Shown piece after piece: positions 27,745 through 37,089 of a stretch of 53,510 nt of DNA (positions are counted from its first letter, which is position 1; every line of letters begins with the position of its first letter). This stretch comes from Clostridia bacterium. GTDB lineage: Bacteria; Bacillota; Dehalobacteriia; UBA7702. The notes beneath the pieces were generated by a model. It was not told the DNA's origin. It did not search any database and saw only the letters and a program-made list of their open reading frames with translations. The translations under genes were made by a program, and so were the position numbers. Location: NCBI GenBank assembly GCA_051866595.1, contig JBJDXI010000069.1:1-53510 (forward strand). Reading direction: 5' to 3'.

Positions 27745-29799
27745 TCAATAAGATTCAATAAATTTTTCGGGATACTCCCCGGCGGCGCCGTTCAGCCCGC
27801 CGATGTCGCGTCCCAGATTCAGTGTGAACCGAATGGAAAGCCGCTGACCGTCATTGAGATAAACGCCGCTCAAACCGCAATTGGGATAAAACTCATCCAC
27901 GGCGATATTCCAGCCGGATTTGGCATAGAAATCCATCTCTCCGAGACTGTCCGGACTCCAGACTCCGGTTTCCGAGGCGCCGTCCCTGTCAAGGTATTCC
28001 AGGAGACTGGCGGGAATTTCAACATTTGGAACAAGATTTTCTCCGTAGATCCGAGCCAGGTAAAACCCGCTGTCCAGCGTACCTGTAGAATCAAAGGAGA
28101 TATTACAGCTGTCAAAAAGCCGTTTCACCACATAAGACGCCGGTTCACCGTCGTAAATTTCCACTTGCGTCGGCGGAACGATGTATCCCAGGCCCAGCGT
28201 AGTGGCTTCCACGCTGACGGTGGCATAACCGATGGGCCCGTCGTTCCGGTGATAGGTCAGGTGGAAAATATAGAGAGCGTTATAGCCCTCGTCATCCTTG
28301 ACGTAAACCGTCACCTCATTCTCCGGCGAAGATAGATTCAGAAGATAGCTGGTCTTTTCGTTTTCCCCCTCAAGCCGCACAGGGCTTCCGTTCAGCTTCA
28401 CCGAAATGTTGCTGGAATAGAGACGCTCTCCGTGATAATCATAAGCGATCAGATCCACGGTGTATTTGCTGTTGTTCACCGTCATGGGATCCGTCAGATT
28501 GCATTGGATCGTCGGCGCGTGGGCTTTATCGGGAATTGGATTTTCCGCTGTGGCCTGCTGCCGTTCAAAATAGATCTTATAGCTGCGGGAAACTTTCTGA
28601 TCGCCGTCTTTCGCCGTGATGGTCACGGTGTTTTCACCGTGGGAAAGTTCCATACTGAATTTTCCGTTTCCGTCGCTCTGCTGGGTTTTACCGCCGTTCA
28701 GACGCACCGATATTTTGGCGTTTTCGCTGTTGACCATCCATACGGAAAAAGCGAGGTTCGCCTCGGAAACGGTCATGCCGTCGGTGAGATCGGTCTCGAA
28801 ATCAAAAATACCGGAACTGATATAGGTAACCGTGTAAGTTTCCTCTTTGCGCAGGCCGTTTTTCTCGGCGGAAAGGACGAAAACATTGGCGCCGTCTTTC
28901 AGCCGCACCCGGTAGCTGCCGGCACTGCCTTCGGTTTTTTCACCGTTCAGCGTCACCGTTAACGGCGTGTCTTCTCCAAGATAGGAGGCATCGGCCGTAA
29001 AGGAAAGAAGATCCCGGTCTACGGTCTGATCTTTCAGAGATGTATTGATCACAAGGCTTTTCGTATCCAGATAAACGGTATAGTCTTTATAAGGCGAGGC
29101 GACGATTTTGCCGGAAGCGTCGGCATAATCGATCTTAACCCGAATGGTGTTTTTTCCTTCGGTAAGATCCACTTTGCCGTTGAACTGGGGAACCAGATGC
29201 CCGTTGACAAAAACCTGAACCTCTTTGGGGCTTAACGAGGAATCTTTATGACGGATAGAAAAGGAGTAATCCTTTACGGTTACCGTCTCGCCGTCTTTGA
29301 TGGAAGTGGTGAAATACTCCGTAGAGGTGGTATTTCCGTTTTCCGTATTGCCGCCGGCGATACCGTTATTTCCCGGTGAAGCGGGAGCATCCGCCGTGGA
29401 TTGAGAAGTAGAGGATGGTTTTTGCTCTGTTTCCGGATCACTGTCGTTCCCTTCGGGCTGGGCCGATTCTTCCTCTTCTTCCTCAGGCTCCGATTCCTCT
29501 TCTTTTTCATCGTTCAGCGCTTCATCGCTGAGTTCCTGTTCCTCCCCATCGGTCTGTTCCGAAGCGACGGGAACCGGAATATAAACATTTTCATCGGTTT
29601 CCCCTTCGCAATCCAGCACGGAAGATTCCGCATCCCAGGAAGAGGAAGCTCCCGCAATGGGGTTTTCCGGAGCCGTTTCCCCGGCGAAAAGAGCACCGCA
29701 GCCCAAAATAAGAAAAAAGGCAATAAGGAGCAAACCCATTCCCACAGACGACGCCCTCTCCCGGTAAAAGGAAAGGCACCGGCTGAGAATCGTTTTCAT
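27745..29799 (-). CDS. Exported protein: acidic linker, several Ig-like modules and a C-terminal DUF4430-like domain
   Basis: N-terminal hydrophobic anchor; repeated L..G.N.I.V modules; LGEMDFYAKSGWNIAV...RFTLNLGRDIG. Confidence 0.7.
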   Translation of the reverse strand: MKTILSRCLSFYRERASSVGMGLLLIAFFLILGCGALFAGETAPENPIAGASSSWDAESSVLDCEGETDENVYIPVPVASEQTDGEEQELSDEALNDEKEEESEPEEEEEESAQPEGNDSDPETEQKPSSTSQSTADAPASPGNNGIAGGNTENGNTTSTEYFTTSIKDGETVTVKDYSFSIRHKDSSLSPKEVQVFVNGHLVPQFNGKVDLTEGKNTIRVKIDYADASGKIVASPYKDYTVYLDTKSLVINTSLKDQTVDRDLLSFTADASYLGEDTPLTVTLNGEKTEGSAGSYRVRLKDGANVFVLSAEKNGLRKEETYTVTYISSGIFDFETDLTDGMTVSEANLAFSVWMVNSENAKISVRLNGGKTQQSDGNGKFSMELSHGENTVTITAKDGDQKVSRSYKIYFERQQATAENPIPDKAHAPTIQCNLTDPMTVNNSKYTVDLIAYDYHGERLYSSNISVKLNGSPVRLEGENEKTSYLLNLSSPENEVTVYVKDDEGYNALYIFHLTYHRNDGPIGYATVSVEATTLGLGYIVPPTQVEIYDGEPASYVVKRLFDSCNISFDSTGTLDSGFYLARIYGENLVPNVEIPASLLEYLDRDGASETGVWSPDSLGEMDFYAKSGWNIAVDEFYPNCGLSGVYLNDGQRLSIRFTLNLGRDIGGLNGAAGEYPEKFIESY

Positions 29800-30000
29800 G
29801 AAACGCCCCCTTCCGGTCTCCTCATTTTACAAACAGCAGAAAGGCAGCAAGCTCACGCCTGCCGCTTTCCGCAAAGAGGAGAATAAGAGAAAAAGAATAA
29901 CGAATATAACGCGTTTTACAACTCACGAAGGATGATTTCCCGGGAGTCTTATCGGGAGCATCCATTCGTCAAAAATGCAGAGAAACAGCGAGGGCCGCCG

Positions 30001-30258
30001 GGGATCCACCCGTGTGCTGATGGATTCTTTCCCCGAAAACCGCCCTTGCGCGCCGACATACCTGTTTCTTCAAGGAGACTCCGTGGCGGGCATATCACCC
30101 CATCCCCGAAGAATACCGCGGCGCCTGCCGGTAAAGAGCCTTTGAATCCGATCCCTACGGCCCGTGTGCTGACCGTCTGAAACGGGGCTTTCCTTTCCCG
30201 GCAATCTATTACATCCTTTCGGAGACTCCTTTATGGTTTCATACCATTCCGAAAAGAT
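30001..30258 (-). ncRNA. Candidate tandem structured RNA element in the leader
   Basis: Two ~150-nt units, each with a GGA(A)TGG..CCA..GGAGTCTCC junction and a hairpin containing TCAGCACACGGG. Confidence 0.45.
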
Positions 30259-30270
30259 ATAAACAAAGAC

Positions 30271-30330
30271 AAAAAAAGTGCGCAGAATCAGACCGGAAGA
30301 AGAGGGTCTCCCGAGCCGACAACTGCACAC
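30271..30330 (-). terminator. Second leader terminator/attenuator
   Basis: GTGTGCAG...CTGCGCAC followed by T7. Confidence 0.55.
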
Positions 30331-30356
30331 GTAAAACAATATAGAGTTTCCTATTC

Positions 30357-30389
30357 AAAAAAAACCGCAAAAGCATTGAGCCTTTGCGG
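30357..30389 (-). terminator. Riboswitch-3 terminator
   Basis: CCGCAAAGGC...GCTTTTGCGG followed by T8. Confidence 0.75.
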
Positions 30390-30436
30390 ACGCCTGACAT
30401 CAACTGTATGTGGCAGCTGAACGTTCGATCGATCCG

Positions 30437-30570
30437 CCAAAGCAAGTATCCCGACTTAGATTCAACGCCCTTTCCCGCCTTCTCGATCATAGATCAATGG
30501 CATATGGGAACGGCTCATCATCACGGTGGCCATACCGCAGAGGAATTGCACCTCTATTCCATAGCTCTGG
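30437..30570 (-). ncRNA. Cobalamin riboswitch 3
   Basis: GGAATAGAGGTGCAATTCCTCTGCGGTATGGCCACCGTGA...GCCATTG...GAGAAGGC...AAGTCGGGATAC. GTATG is complementary to a downstream CATAC loop. Promoter TTGCAT-17-TATGAT at 30596-30624. Confidence 0.9.
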
Positions 30571-30648
30571 AATCGTTTTTTTCGATTGTAGATATATCAT
30601 ACCATCGTTCTTTTGAAAATGCAAGAAGAATTTTTCAAAAAGCAAAAG

Positions 30649-30680
30649 AATATGCTCCCGGCTTTCATCGGGAGCATATT
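30649..30680 (-). terminator. Terminator of the 803-aa gene
   Basis: AATATGCTCCCG/CGGGAGCATATT stem. Confidence 0.75.
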
Positions 30681-30695
30681 TCACAAACAATCATT

Positions 30696-33107
30696 TTACA
30701 GTGACAGAACAAAGCGCATCATAACCGCGGCGATCTGCGCTCTTGTGGCGGAACCTTTCGGCGCCAGAATGATCCGCCCACCGTCGGTGGTACCGCCGAT
30801 ATATCCCTGTTTCACCGCCCACTGGAAGGGCTTCATGGCATAGGGCGAAATTTCGACGGCATCCGGGAAGGAGGAAACGGAAGTCACGGAGGATACATCC
30901 ATTCCTTTGTATTCATCGCAGTAACGATAGAAAATCGTTACCATCTGTTCTCTGGTAATCATTGCGTCAGGAGAGAACGTATCATCGGAGGTTCCTTTGA
31001 CAATACCGTTCTGATAAGCCCACACAACGGCATTTTGATACCAGTCGGCCGTCAGATCGGTAAAGGGCACCCCGCCCTTCACAGCAGGGGAACCGCTGTA
31101 CCGATACAGGATCACCACAAGCTGTGCCCGGGTTGTATTTTTATCCGGAGCGAATACTGTTGTTTCCATACCGTTCATCAACCCGTTCCAGTAATTGAAC
31201 AAAACGCCGTCACGGTACCAATCTCCGCTTTTCACATCACGGAAAGGATTTTCCTTGATTTTCGTTTCAGCGGCAGTCAAAGCCGAAAGGTTTGTTACCA
31301 GAGCCTGTTCTTCCTTGGTCAGTTGTTCATAGGCGATCCGGGCTTCGGCAACGCTTTTTTCGGAGATACGTCCGTTGAGACCGTTAATTTTCGCCGTGAC
31401 CGCCGCCACCGCTTCGTGGTCAACGGAATCCGTTACGGAAATATCCACCGAGGTATAAAGAGGAGAAACCGTCTGATTGATATTGTTCTGATCGTTATCG
31501 TTATTTCCGTCGTCGGTATCCCGGTACATCACATGGGAAAAGGTCAGCGTCACTTCAATATCATCCTCTGTCAGCGGATCCGTACTGTATTCCACATATT
31601 CCGTCACATCCCGGGTTTTTCCGTTGGCGTAGGTGGCCGTAACAACCATACCGGCGGGATCAAAGGTTTCCCCGGCATTATATTCGGTTTTATCCGGTTC
31701 CTTTGTGACTTCCAGCTTTTTGATGCTCCAGCCCAGTGCCATAATGTAGCAGGAATCGTTTTTGAAATACATCGTGCCGTACTCATCGCAGATGGCGCTG
31801 CCGAGGGCATACTGCACCTGTTCCCCGGCGGGAGTAAATAAAATCTCCGCGAATTGGGATTTGCTGTCCATCTCGGTCTGGCCGGGCTTATCCTTGATCA
31901 CCCGAACTTTGCCGGGCACATAATTTTCAATAAAATAGACATAAACCGAACCGTCGGTTTCCTCGTAGGCCGTGGTTAAAAGTCCGCTGGTCTGAACGCA
32001 GCCCTGGGTGGGGCAGGAATAGGCCACTTCACCTTTTTCCAGATCGATGACGTCGATATGATGGCCCAGTTCGATATTTTCCGCGTCGGTCTGCACAAAC
32101 TGTCCCTGTTTGCCCTGAACGCCGACGTAAGCCCGGCCGTTATAGATCACCGGAGTACAGGAAACCTTGCCGCCGAGATCCATTTCAAGCATATTCTCTT
32201 CATCGAGATTCCCTTCGGCGTCTACGGGAACTCCATAGAAGGAACCGCCCTGGGAGGCGAAGTAAGCCGTCCCTGCGCCGTCGCCGTCTTCATCCACAAA
32301 CGCGACGGTACTGCGGATATCACCGTTCAAACCTTCAATTTTGTCAATCACCTGCGCTTTACCGCCGTCGCTGTGATTGCCGGAGCGAACCGAATAAAAG
32401 ACCGAAGATCGTGCAACCCCCTCACCGGTGGATGCGTCGCCCTCACCGTCATCGGAGCCGACGAGAAGATAATTGTCATTCACATAGCACCCGGCCCAGT
32501 AAAAACCGCCGGTATGGGTCAGCGTCCAGACTTCTTCACCGGTCTCAGCGTCAACGCAGACATAATCCGCTTCCGAGGTGGAGGAACGCCAGTAACCGGT
32601 ATAAACGTAACCATCATGATAAGTCACCGGACAGTTGGACTGCCCTCGGTTCTCGTTCTGATACAGCCATCCCGCGGTCATCGTCTCTAAATCCATCACC
32701 TGAAGCTTGCCGTTGGCCAGCGACACATAGAGAGAACCGTCACAGTAGGTCGGCGGCGTAATATTCCAGGAAGAGGAGCTGGCGGCATCCAGTTCCCCCT
32801 GCTGAATCACTTCCCCGGTCACCGAATCCACCTTGTATACAATATTGCTGCAAAAAAAGACGATGGCGTCATCGACGATAATCGGGGGACTCGGCGCGTA
32901 ATCCCAGCCTGTACCGATTTTCTTCGCCCAGTAAAGAGTCGCGTCATCGGCCTGGGTCGGCAGAGCGACGGACGTCACACCGTTATTTTCCGGATTCCCC
33001 CGGAAATTACCCCAGGTATAGGCGTAAAGTCCCTGAGCGGAAAAGCAAAGAAAACACATAACGGCCAGGGCCAAAAGGGCCAAACGACATGATTTTTTTC
33101 GTTTCAT
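30696..33107 (-). CDS. SLH protein: PQQ-like beta-propeller, Ig-like domain, helical repeat, 3 SLH
   Basis: WGNFRGN, CVDAETGEEVW and YFKNDS motifs shared with the 18474-21401 protein; PDKTEYNAGETFDPAGMVVTATY; SLH motifs. Confidence 0.8.
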   Translation of the reverse strand: MKRKKSCRLALLALAVMCFLCFSAQGLYAYTWGNFRGNPENNGVTSVALPTQADDATLYWAKKIGTGWDYAPSPPIIVDDAIVFFCSNIVYKVDSVTGEVIQQGELDAASSSSWNITPPTYCDGSLYVSLANGKLQVMDLETMTAGWLYQNENRGQSNCPVTYHDGYVYTGYWRSSTSEADYVCVDAETGEEVWTLTHTGGFYWAGCYVNDNYLLVGSDDGEGDASTGEGVARSSVFYSVRSGNHSDGGKAQVIDKIEGLNGDIRSTVAFVDEDGDGAGTAYFASQGGSFYGVPVDAEGNLDEENMLEMDLGGKVSCTPVIYNGRAYVGVQGKQGQFVQTDAENIELGHHIDVIDLEKGEVAYSCPTQGCVQTSGLLTTAYEETDGSVYVYFIENYVPGKVRVIKDKPGQTEMDSKSQFAEILFTPAGEQVQYALGSAICDEYGTMYFKNDSCYIMALGWSIKKLEVTKEPDKTEYNAGETFDPAGMVVTATYANGKTRDVTEYVEYSTDPLTEDDIEVTLTFSHVMYRDTDDGNNDNDQNNINQTVSPLYTSVDISVTDSVDHEAVAAVTAKINGLNGRISEKSVAEARIAYEQLTKEEQALVTNLSALTAAETKIKENPFRDVKSGDWYRDGVLFNYWNGLMNGMETTVFAPDKNTTRAQLVVILYRYSGSPAVKGGVPFTDLTADWYQNAVVWAYQNGIVKGTSDDTFSPDAMITREQMVTIFYRYCDEYKGMDVSSVTSVSSFPDAVEISPYAMKPFQWAVKQGYIGGTTDGGRIILAPKGSATRAQIAAVMMRFVLSL

Positions 33108-33127
33108 CCTGATTCCTCCTTAAAAAT

Positions 33128-33264
33128 AAAAAAAGTGCGCAAACAAAGACAGAAAAATCTGTCTTTCCATTGCACACATCGGAATTTTCCCCGCGGCTTC
33201 ACACTTGCCGAAGGAAACGCTATGAAATTGAGGTCATTATAGCAGAGAAAACAAAAACTGTCAA
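33128..33264 (-). promoter_or_regulatory. Consensus promoter and terminator-like leader hairpin
   Basis: TTGACA-17-TATAAT (33264-33236); GTGTGCAA...TTGCGCAC plus a T run just before the RBS. Confidence 0.7.
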
Positions 33265-33332
33265 TGAAAAATGACCGGAGCGCCTCCGGTGCCATCTGTA
33301 AACCGAAGGCGTTGCCTGAACGTAACCCGATC

Positions 33333-33773
33333 TTACCTGGGCTCCTCATACACAGAGCGGGCAATGACTTCCTCAAAACCGTACCAGCCCAGTTTCTGAC
33401 CACATCGGTCGCAAAAAGACTGATATTCCCATTCCAGCGTCGATCGACATTGAGGGCACAGAGGATACTCCCGGCCGTCCTTAAAACGAACCGCTTCCAC
33501 CACGGACTTCCGAAAACGGTACGCCAGTTCTTCTTCTCTTTTTTTCGGATGCCATGACGAAAGGTACGTTTCTTTCATCACATCTGCCAATCCTGCCGGA
33601 TCGACAGGGCGCGGAGCCATTAACAGACCCATTGTTTCTTCCCGGGAACACATCAGAATATGAAAGGAATCACCGGTTTCCGAAGGATACGGTTCCCGCT
33701 GTTTTTCTTTATGCGGAAGTAATCCAAAGAACACCGAGTTGAGCATTGTTCGATACATAGAATCCATGAGCAT
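33333..33773 (-). CDS. Hypothetical protein with C-terminal zinc ribbon
   Basis: AGGAGG RBS; CPQC...FCDRCGQKL. Confidence 0.7.
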   Translation of the reverse strand: MLMDSMYRTMLNSVFFGLLPHKEKQREPYPSETGDSFHILMCSREETMGLLMAPRPVDPAGLADVMKETYLSSWHPKKREEELAYRFRKSVVEAVRFKDGREYPLCPQCRSTLEWEYQSFCDRCGQKLGWYGFEEVIARSVYEEPR

Positions 33774-33942
33774 TCCTCCTTTCCTGTATCTCTATTTTAA
33801 ACGGAAAAGGCCCCAAAGACGAGGAACGAAAGTTCCTTATATTATATAATAATATATAATATATTATGCGCAAAAGATGTTCCCCGGGGAAAAAATATGA
33901 TATAATGAATCAACATTTCATACAGATACAAAGGAGACTGTC

Positions 33943-34293
33943 ATGCTGTTTATTGAATACGCCAAATGCACCACCTGCAAAAAAGCGAAAAAATGGCTGG
34001 AAAGCCACGAAATCACCTTTACCGACCGTCCCATCAAGGAAGAAGCACCGACCTATGACGAACTGAAAACGTGGCATCAGAAAAGCGGCCTGCCCCTGAA
34101 AAAATTTTTCAATACCAGCGGCCAGCTCTACCGCTCCTTTGAGTTAAAGGACAAGCTCCCCTCGATGAGCGAAGAAGAACAGCTCCGTCTGTTGGCAAGC
34201 GACGGTATGCTGGTTAAACGCCCTATCGTCGTCACGGAAAACGATATTCTGGTGGGCTTTAAAGAAGACGAATGGGAAAAAGCGCTGTTATGA
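33943..34293 (+). CDS. ArsC/Spx/MgsR family protein
   Basis: CTTCKKAKKWL, FNTSG and LVKRP. Confidence 0.92.
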   Translation: MLFIEYAKCTTCKKAKKWLESHEITFTDRPIKEEAPTYDELKTWHQKSGLPLKKFFNTSGQLYRSFELKDKLPSMSEEEQLRLLASDGMLVKRPIVVTENDILVGFKEDEWEKALL

Positions 34294-34985
34294 GTCTTTG
34301 GGAACAAAACCTCCACCAACAGCTTTTCGCTTTGGCCGACCCGGAATATAAGAATTTTCATTGTTCCCTGATGCCCACCGTTGACAGAGATACCGTCATC
34401 GGCATCCGCACACCGGTTCTGCGGAAATTCACCGGGGACTTCGCCAAAACCGAAGCGGCCGCCGTTTTTCTGCGAAGCCTGCCTCACCGCTATTACGAAG
34501 AAAACAACCTTCACGGCTTTCTCCTCGAAAAGATCAAAGATTACGATACCCTCATCCGGGAACTGAACCGTTTTCTGCCTTACGTCAATAACTGGGCAAC
34601 CTGTGATATGATCTCACCGAAGATCTTCAAAAAACACCTTCCGGAGCTGTTCGGTCAGATCAATATCTGGCTCGAAGCGGAAGACACTTACACCGTCCGT
34701 TTTGCCCTGGGGATGCTGATGAAATTTTATCTTGACGAGGCTTTTGAACCCGCTCATCTTGAACTCGTATCGAACCTCCGCTCCGGGGAATACTACATCA
34801 ACATGATGACCGCGTGGTATTTCGCCACAGCTCTGGCCAAACAGTACGATACAGTCCTACCCTATCTGGAACAGCGTCGTCTCGATCCCTGGACCCACAA
34901 CAAAGCCATTCAAAAAGCCATTGAGAGCCGCAGGATCACGCCGGAGCAAAAAGAATATCTGCGTACATTGAGGATCAAAAAATGA
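34290..34985 (+). CDS. DNA alkylation repair protein (AlkD-like)
   Basis: GIRTP, NWATCD, YYINMMTAW and NKAIQKAIES; ATGA overlap with the upstream gene. Confidence 0.88.
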   Translation: MSLWEQNLHQQLFALADPEYKNFHCSLMPTVDRDTVIGIRTPVLRKFTGDFAKTEAAAVFLRSLPHRYYEENNLHGFLLEKIKDYDTLIRELNRFLPYVNNWATCDMISPKIFKKHLPELFGQINIWLEAEDTYTVRFALGMLMKFYLDEAFEPAHLELVSNLRSGEYYINMMTAWYFATALAKQYDTVLPYLEQRRLDPWTHNKAIQKAIESRRITPEQKEYLRTLRIKK

Positions 34986-35650
34986 AAAGAGAAAAATTTG
35001 TCGTTTCCTACAGCGGCGGCAAAGACAGCGCCCTGGCTCTTCACCGTGTTATCCAGGAAGGCCACATCCCCACCGCTTTGCTTATCACTTATAACACCGA
35101 TGCAGGACGCTCCTGGTTTCACGGGATTCCCCCTTTTCTCCTGGATGATCTGGCCGACGCCCTCCAAATTCCCGTCCGCAAAATCCCCTGCGGCGGCGGG
35201 AACGATTACACCGAAAGTTTTATTTCCGCCCTCAAAGAAGAGAAAGAGGCCGGCGCTGCCTTCTGCGTTTTCGGAGATATTGACATTGAGGATCACCGCC
35301 AATGGTGCGCCGATGTCTGTACCGCCGCGGGGATCCGCCTTTATCATCCCCTGTGGCAGGAATCCCGTGAAGCGCTGGTGAAAGAGTGCATCCGCGAAGG
35401 ATTTATCGCCCATATCACCACCCTGGATACGGCAAGACTCAGCGAAAAGCATTTAGGACGTGTCCTCTCGGAAGAGGAAATCAAAGAAATCGCCGCCGAA
35501 GGCGCCGACGCCTGTGGCGAAAACGGCGAATACCATACCTTCGTTTCCGACGGTCCCCTTTTCCGCCATCCCGTTTCCTTCACTTTCGGCACACCGGTGA
35601 AAAAGGGCTCTTATGCCAGCCTGCCGCTGGAAAACAAGAAAGACCGATAA
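34982..35650 (+). CDS. Dph6/DUF71-like PP-loop ATP pyrophosphatase
   Basis: SYSGGKDS, FGDID, PLW and CGENGEYHT. Confidence 0.9.
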   Translation: MKREKFVVSYSGGKDSALALHRVIQEGHIPTALLITYNTDAGRSWFHGIPPFLLDDLADALQIPVRKIPCGGGNDYTESFISALKEEKEAGAAFCVFGDIDIEDHRQWCADVCTAAGIRLYHPLWQESREALVKECIREGFIAHITTLDTARLSEKHLGRVLSEEEIKEIAAEGADACGENGEYHTFVSDGPLFRHPVSFTFGTPVKKGSYASLPLENKKDR

Positions 35651-35680
35651 AATAACAACAAATCATTTGAAAGGGCAAGA

Positions 35681-37012
35681 ATGAGAGTTCAATTATCCGA
35701 CCATTTTAATTATTCCCGCATTTTCCGGTTTACTCTGCCTTCCATCATCATGATGATCTTTTCCTCCCTTTACGTCATTGTTGACGGTCTTTTCGTCTCC
35801 AATCTCGTGGGAAGCAACGCACTGGCATCGGTGAATATCATCATGCCCGCCATTATGACCATCGGCGCCTTCGGTTTTATGCTGGGCATCGGGGGCAACG
35901 CCCAGGTTGCAAAAACATTGGGCGAAGGAGACAACGAAAAGGCCCGCCGCTATTTTTCCCTCATTGTCGTCACCATCCTCGTTTTAGGCTTTTCCCTGTC
36001 TGCCCTTTGCCTGATTTTTATCGAACCCCTCTGCCGTTTCCTCGGCGCCAGCGAAAAGCTGATGGATTATTGCGTGACTTACGGTGCCATTATGCTGGCC
36101 GGCAGCACCTTCTTTATGCTTCAGGTCACTTTTCAAACCTTCTTCGTCACCGCCGAAAAGCCCACTCTGGGACTGATCTTCACCGTGGCCGCCGGCATCA
36201 CCAACATGGTCTTTGACTATATTTTCATCGCCGTGATGGGACTGGGCATCGCCGGGGCGGCTCTTGCCACGGTGCTGGGATACGCCGTCGGCGGCGTCAT
36301 CCCCTTTTTCTATTTTCTTCTGCCCAACAGCAGTCTGCTGCGGTTCAAAAAACCCCGGTTCGACCTGGCGATGCTGCTCCGCAGCTCCGCCAATGGCGCC
36401 TCGGAAATGGTGTCGAACCTTTCCTATTCCATCGTGACCTTTCTCTATAACTTTCAGATGATGCGCATCGCCGGTGAAAACGGCGTGGCCGCCATTACCG
36501 TGGTACTCTACGTCAACATGATTTTCAACGCCATCATCATGGGTTATTCCTTCGGAATCGCTCCGGTGATCGGCTTTCATTACGGCGCGGAAAACCACGA
36601 GGAGCTGCAAAACCTCTTTCGCCGTTGTTTAAAAGTGATCGGCGCTGTTTCCATCCTGATGGTGATTATGGCACAGCTCACCGCCGGGCCGGTTACCGAT
36701 ATTTTCTGCGGCGGCAACAGAGAACTGGAAACGATGACGACCTCCGGATTCCGGCTGTACGCCCTCTCCTTCCTTTTCTGCGGCATGAACATTTTCGGTT
36801 CCTCCTTTTTCACCGCCCTGTGCAACGGCAAAATCTCCGCCGTCATTTCCTTCCTGCGGACACTGGTGATGGAAACCGGTATGCTGTTACTTCTGCCCAC
36901 GGTTTTCGGGCTCATCGGCGTGTGGCTGGCGGTGCCCATTACCGAAACCGTTACATTTATGGTGGTACTCTATTTCTGGATTACCCGGCGGAAACGGTAT
37001 CACTACGTCTGA
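35681..37012 (+). CDS. MATE efflux transporter
   Basis: About 12 TM segments; VDGLFVSN, GIAGAALAT and GVWLA. Confidence 0.92.
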   Translation: MRVQLSDHFNYSRIFRFTLPSIIMMIFSSLYVIVDGLFVSNLVGSNALASVNIIMPAIMTIGAFGFMLGIGGNAQVAKTLGEGDNEKARRYFSLIVVTILVLGFSLSALCLIFIEPLCRFLGASEKLMDYCVTYGAIMLAGSTFFMLQVTFQTFFVTAEKPTLGLIFTVAAGITNMVFDYIFIAVMGLGIAGAALATVLGYAVGGVIPFFYFLLPNSSLLRFKKPRFDLAMLLRSSANGASEMVSNLSYSIVTFLYNFQMMRIAGENGVAAITVVLYVNMIFNAIIMGYSFGIAPVIGFHYGAENHEELQNLFRRCLKVIGAVSILMVIMAQLTAGPVTDIFCGGNRELETMTTSGFRLYALSFLFCGMNIFGSSFFTALCNGKISAVISFLRTLVMETGMLLLLPTVFGLIGVWLAVPITETVTFMVVLYFWITRRKRYHYV

Positions 37013-37026
37013 ATCACTGAATATTC

Positions 37027-37089
37027 AAAAAAGCGCTTTCCGGAGCTCCCCGTCCAGGGGATGCTTCTCCGAAAAGCGCTTTCTTTTTT
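37027..37089. terminator. Bidirectional terminator
   Basis: AAAGCGCTTT...AAAGCGCTTT long hairpin between convergent genes. Confidence 0.65.

Noticed and set aside
30001-30258. ANTAR, glycine or c-di-GMP riboswitch identity for the tandem module
   Set aside because: The loops are 8 nt and 150 nt apart, unlike the adjacent 6-nt ANTAR loops, and the glycine and c-di-GMP consensus motifs are absent.
14009-33107. Mobile element or prophage origin for the surface-protein locus
   Set aside because: No integrase, transposase, tRNA att site or phage genes; composition mostly matches the flanks.
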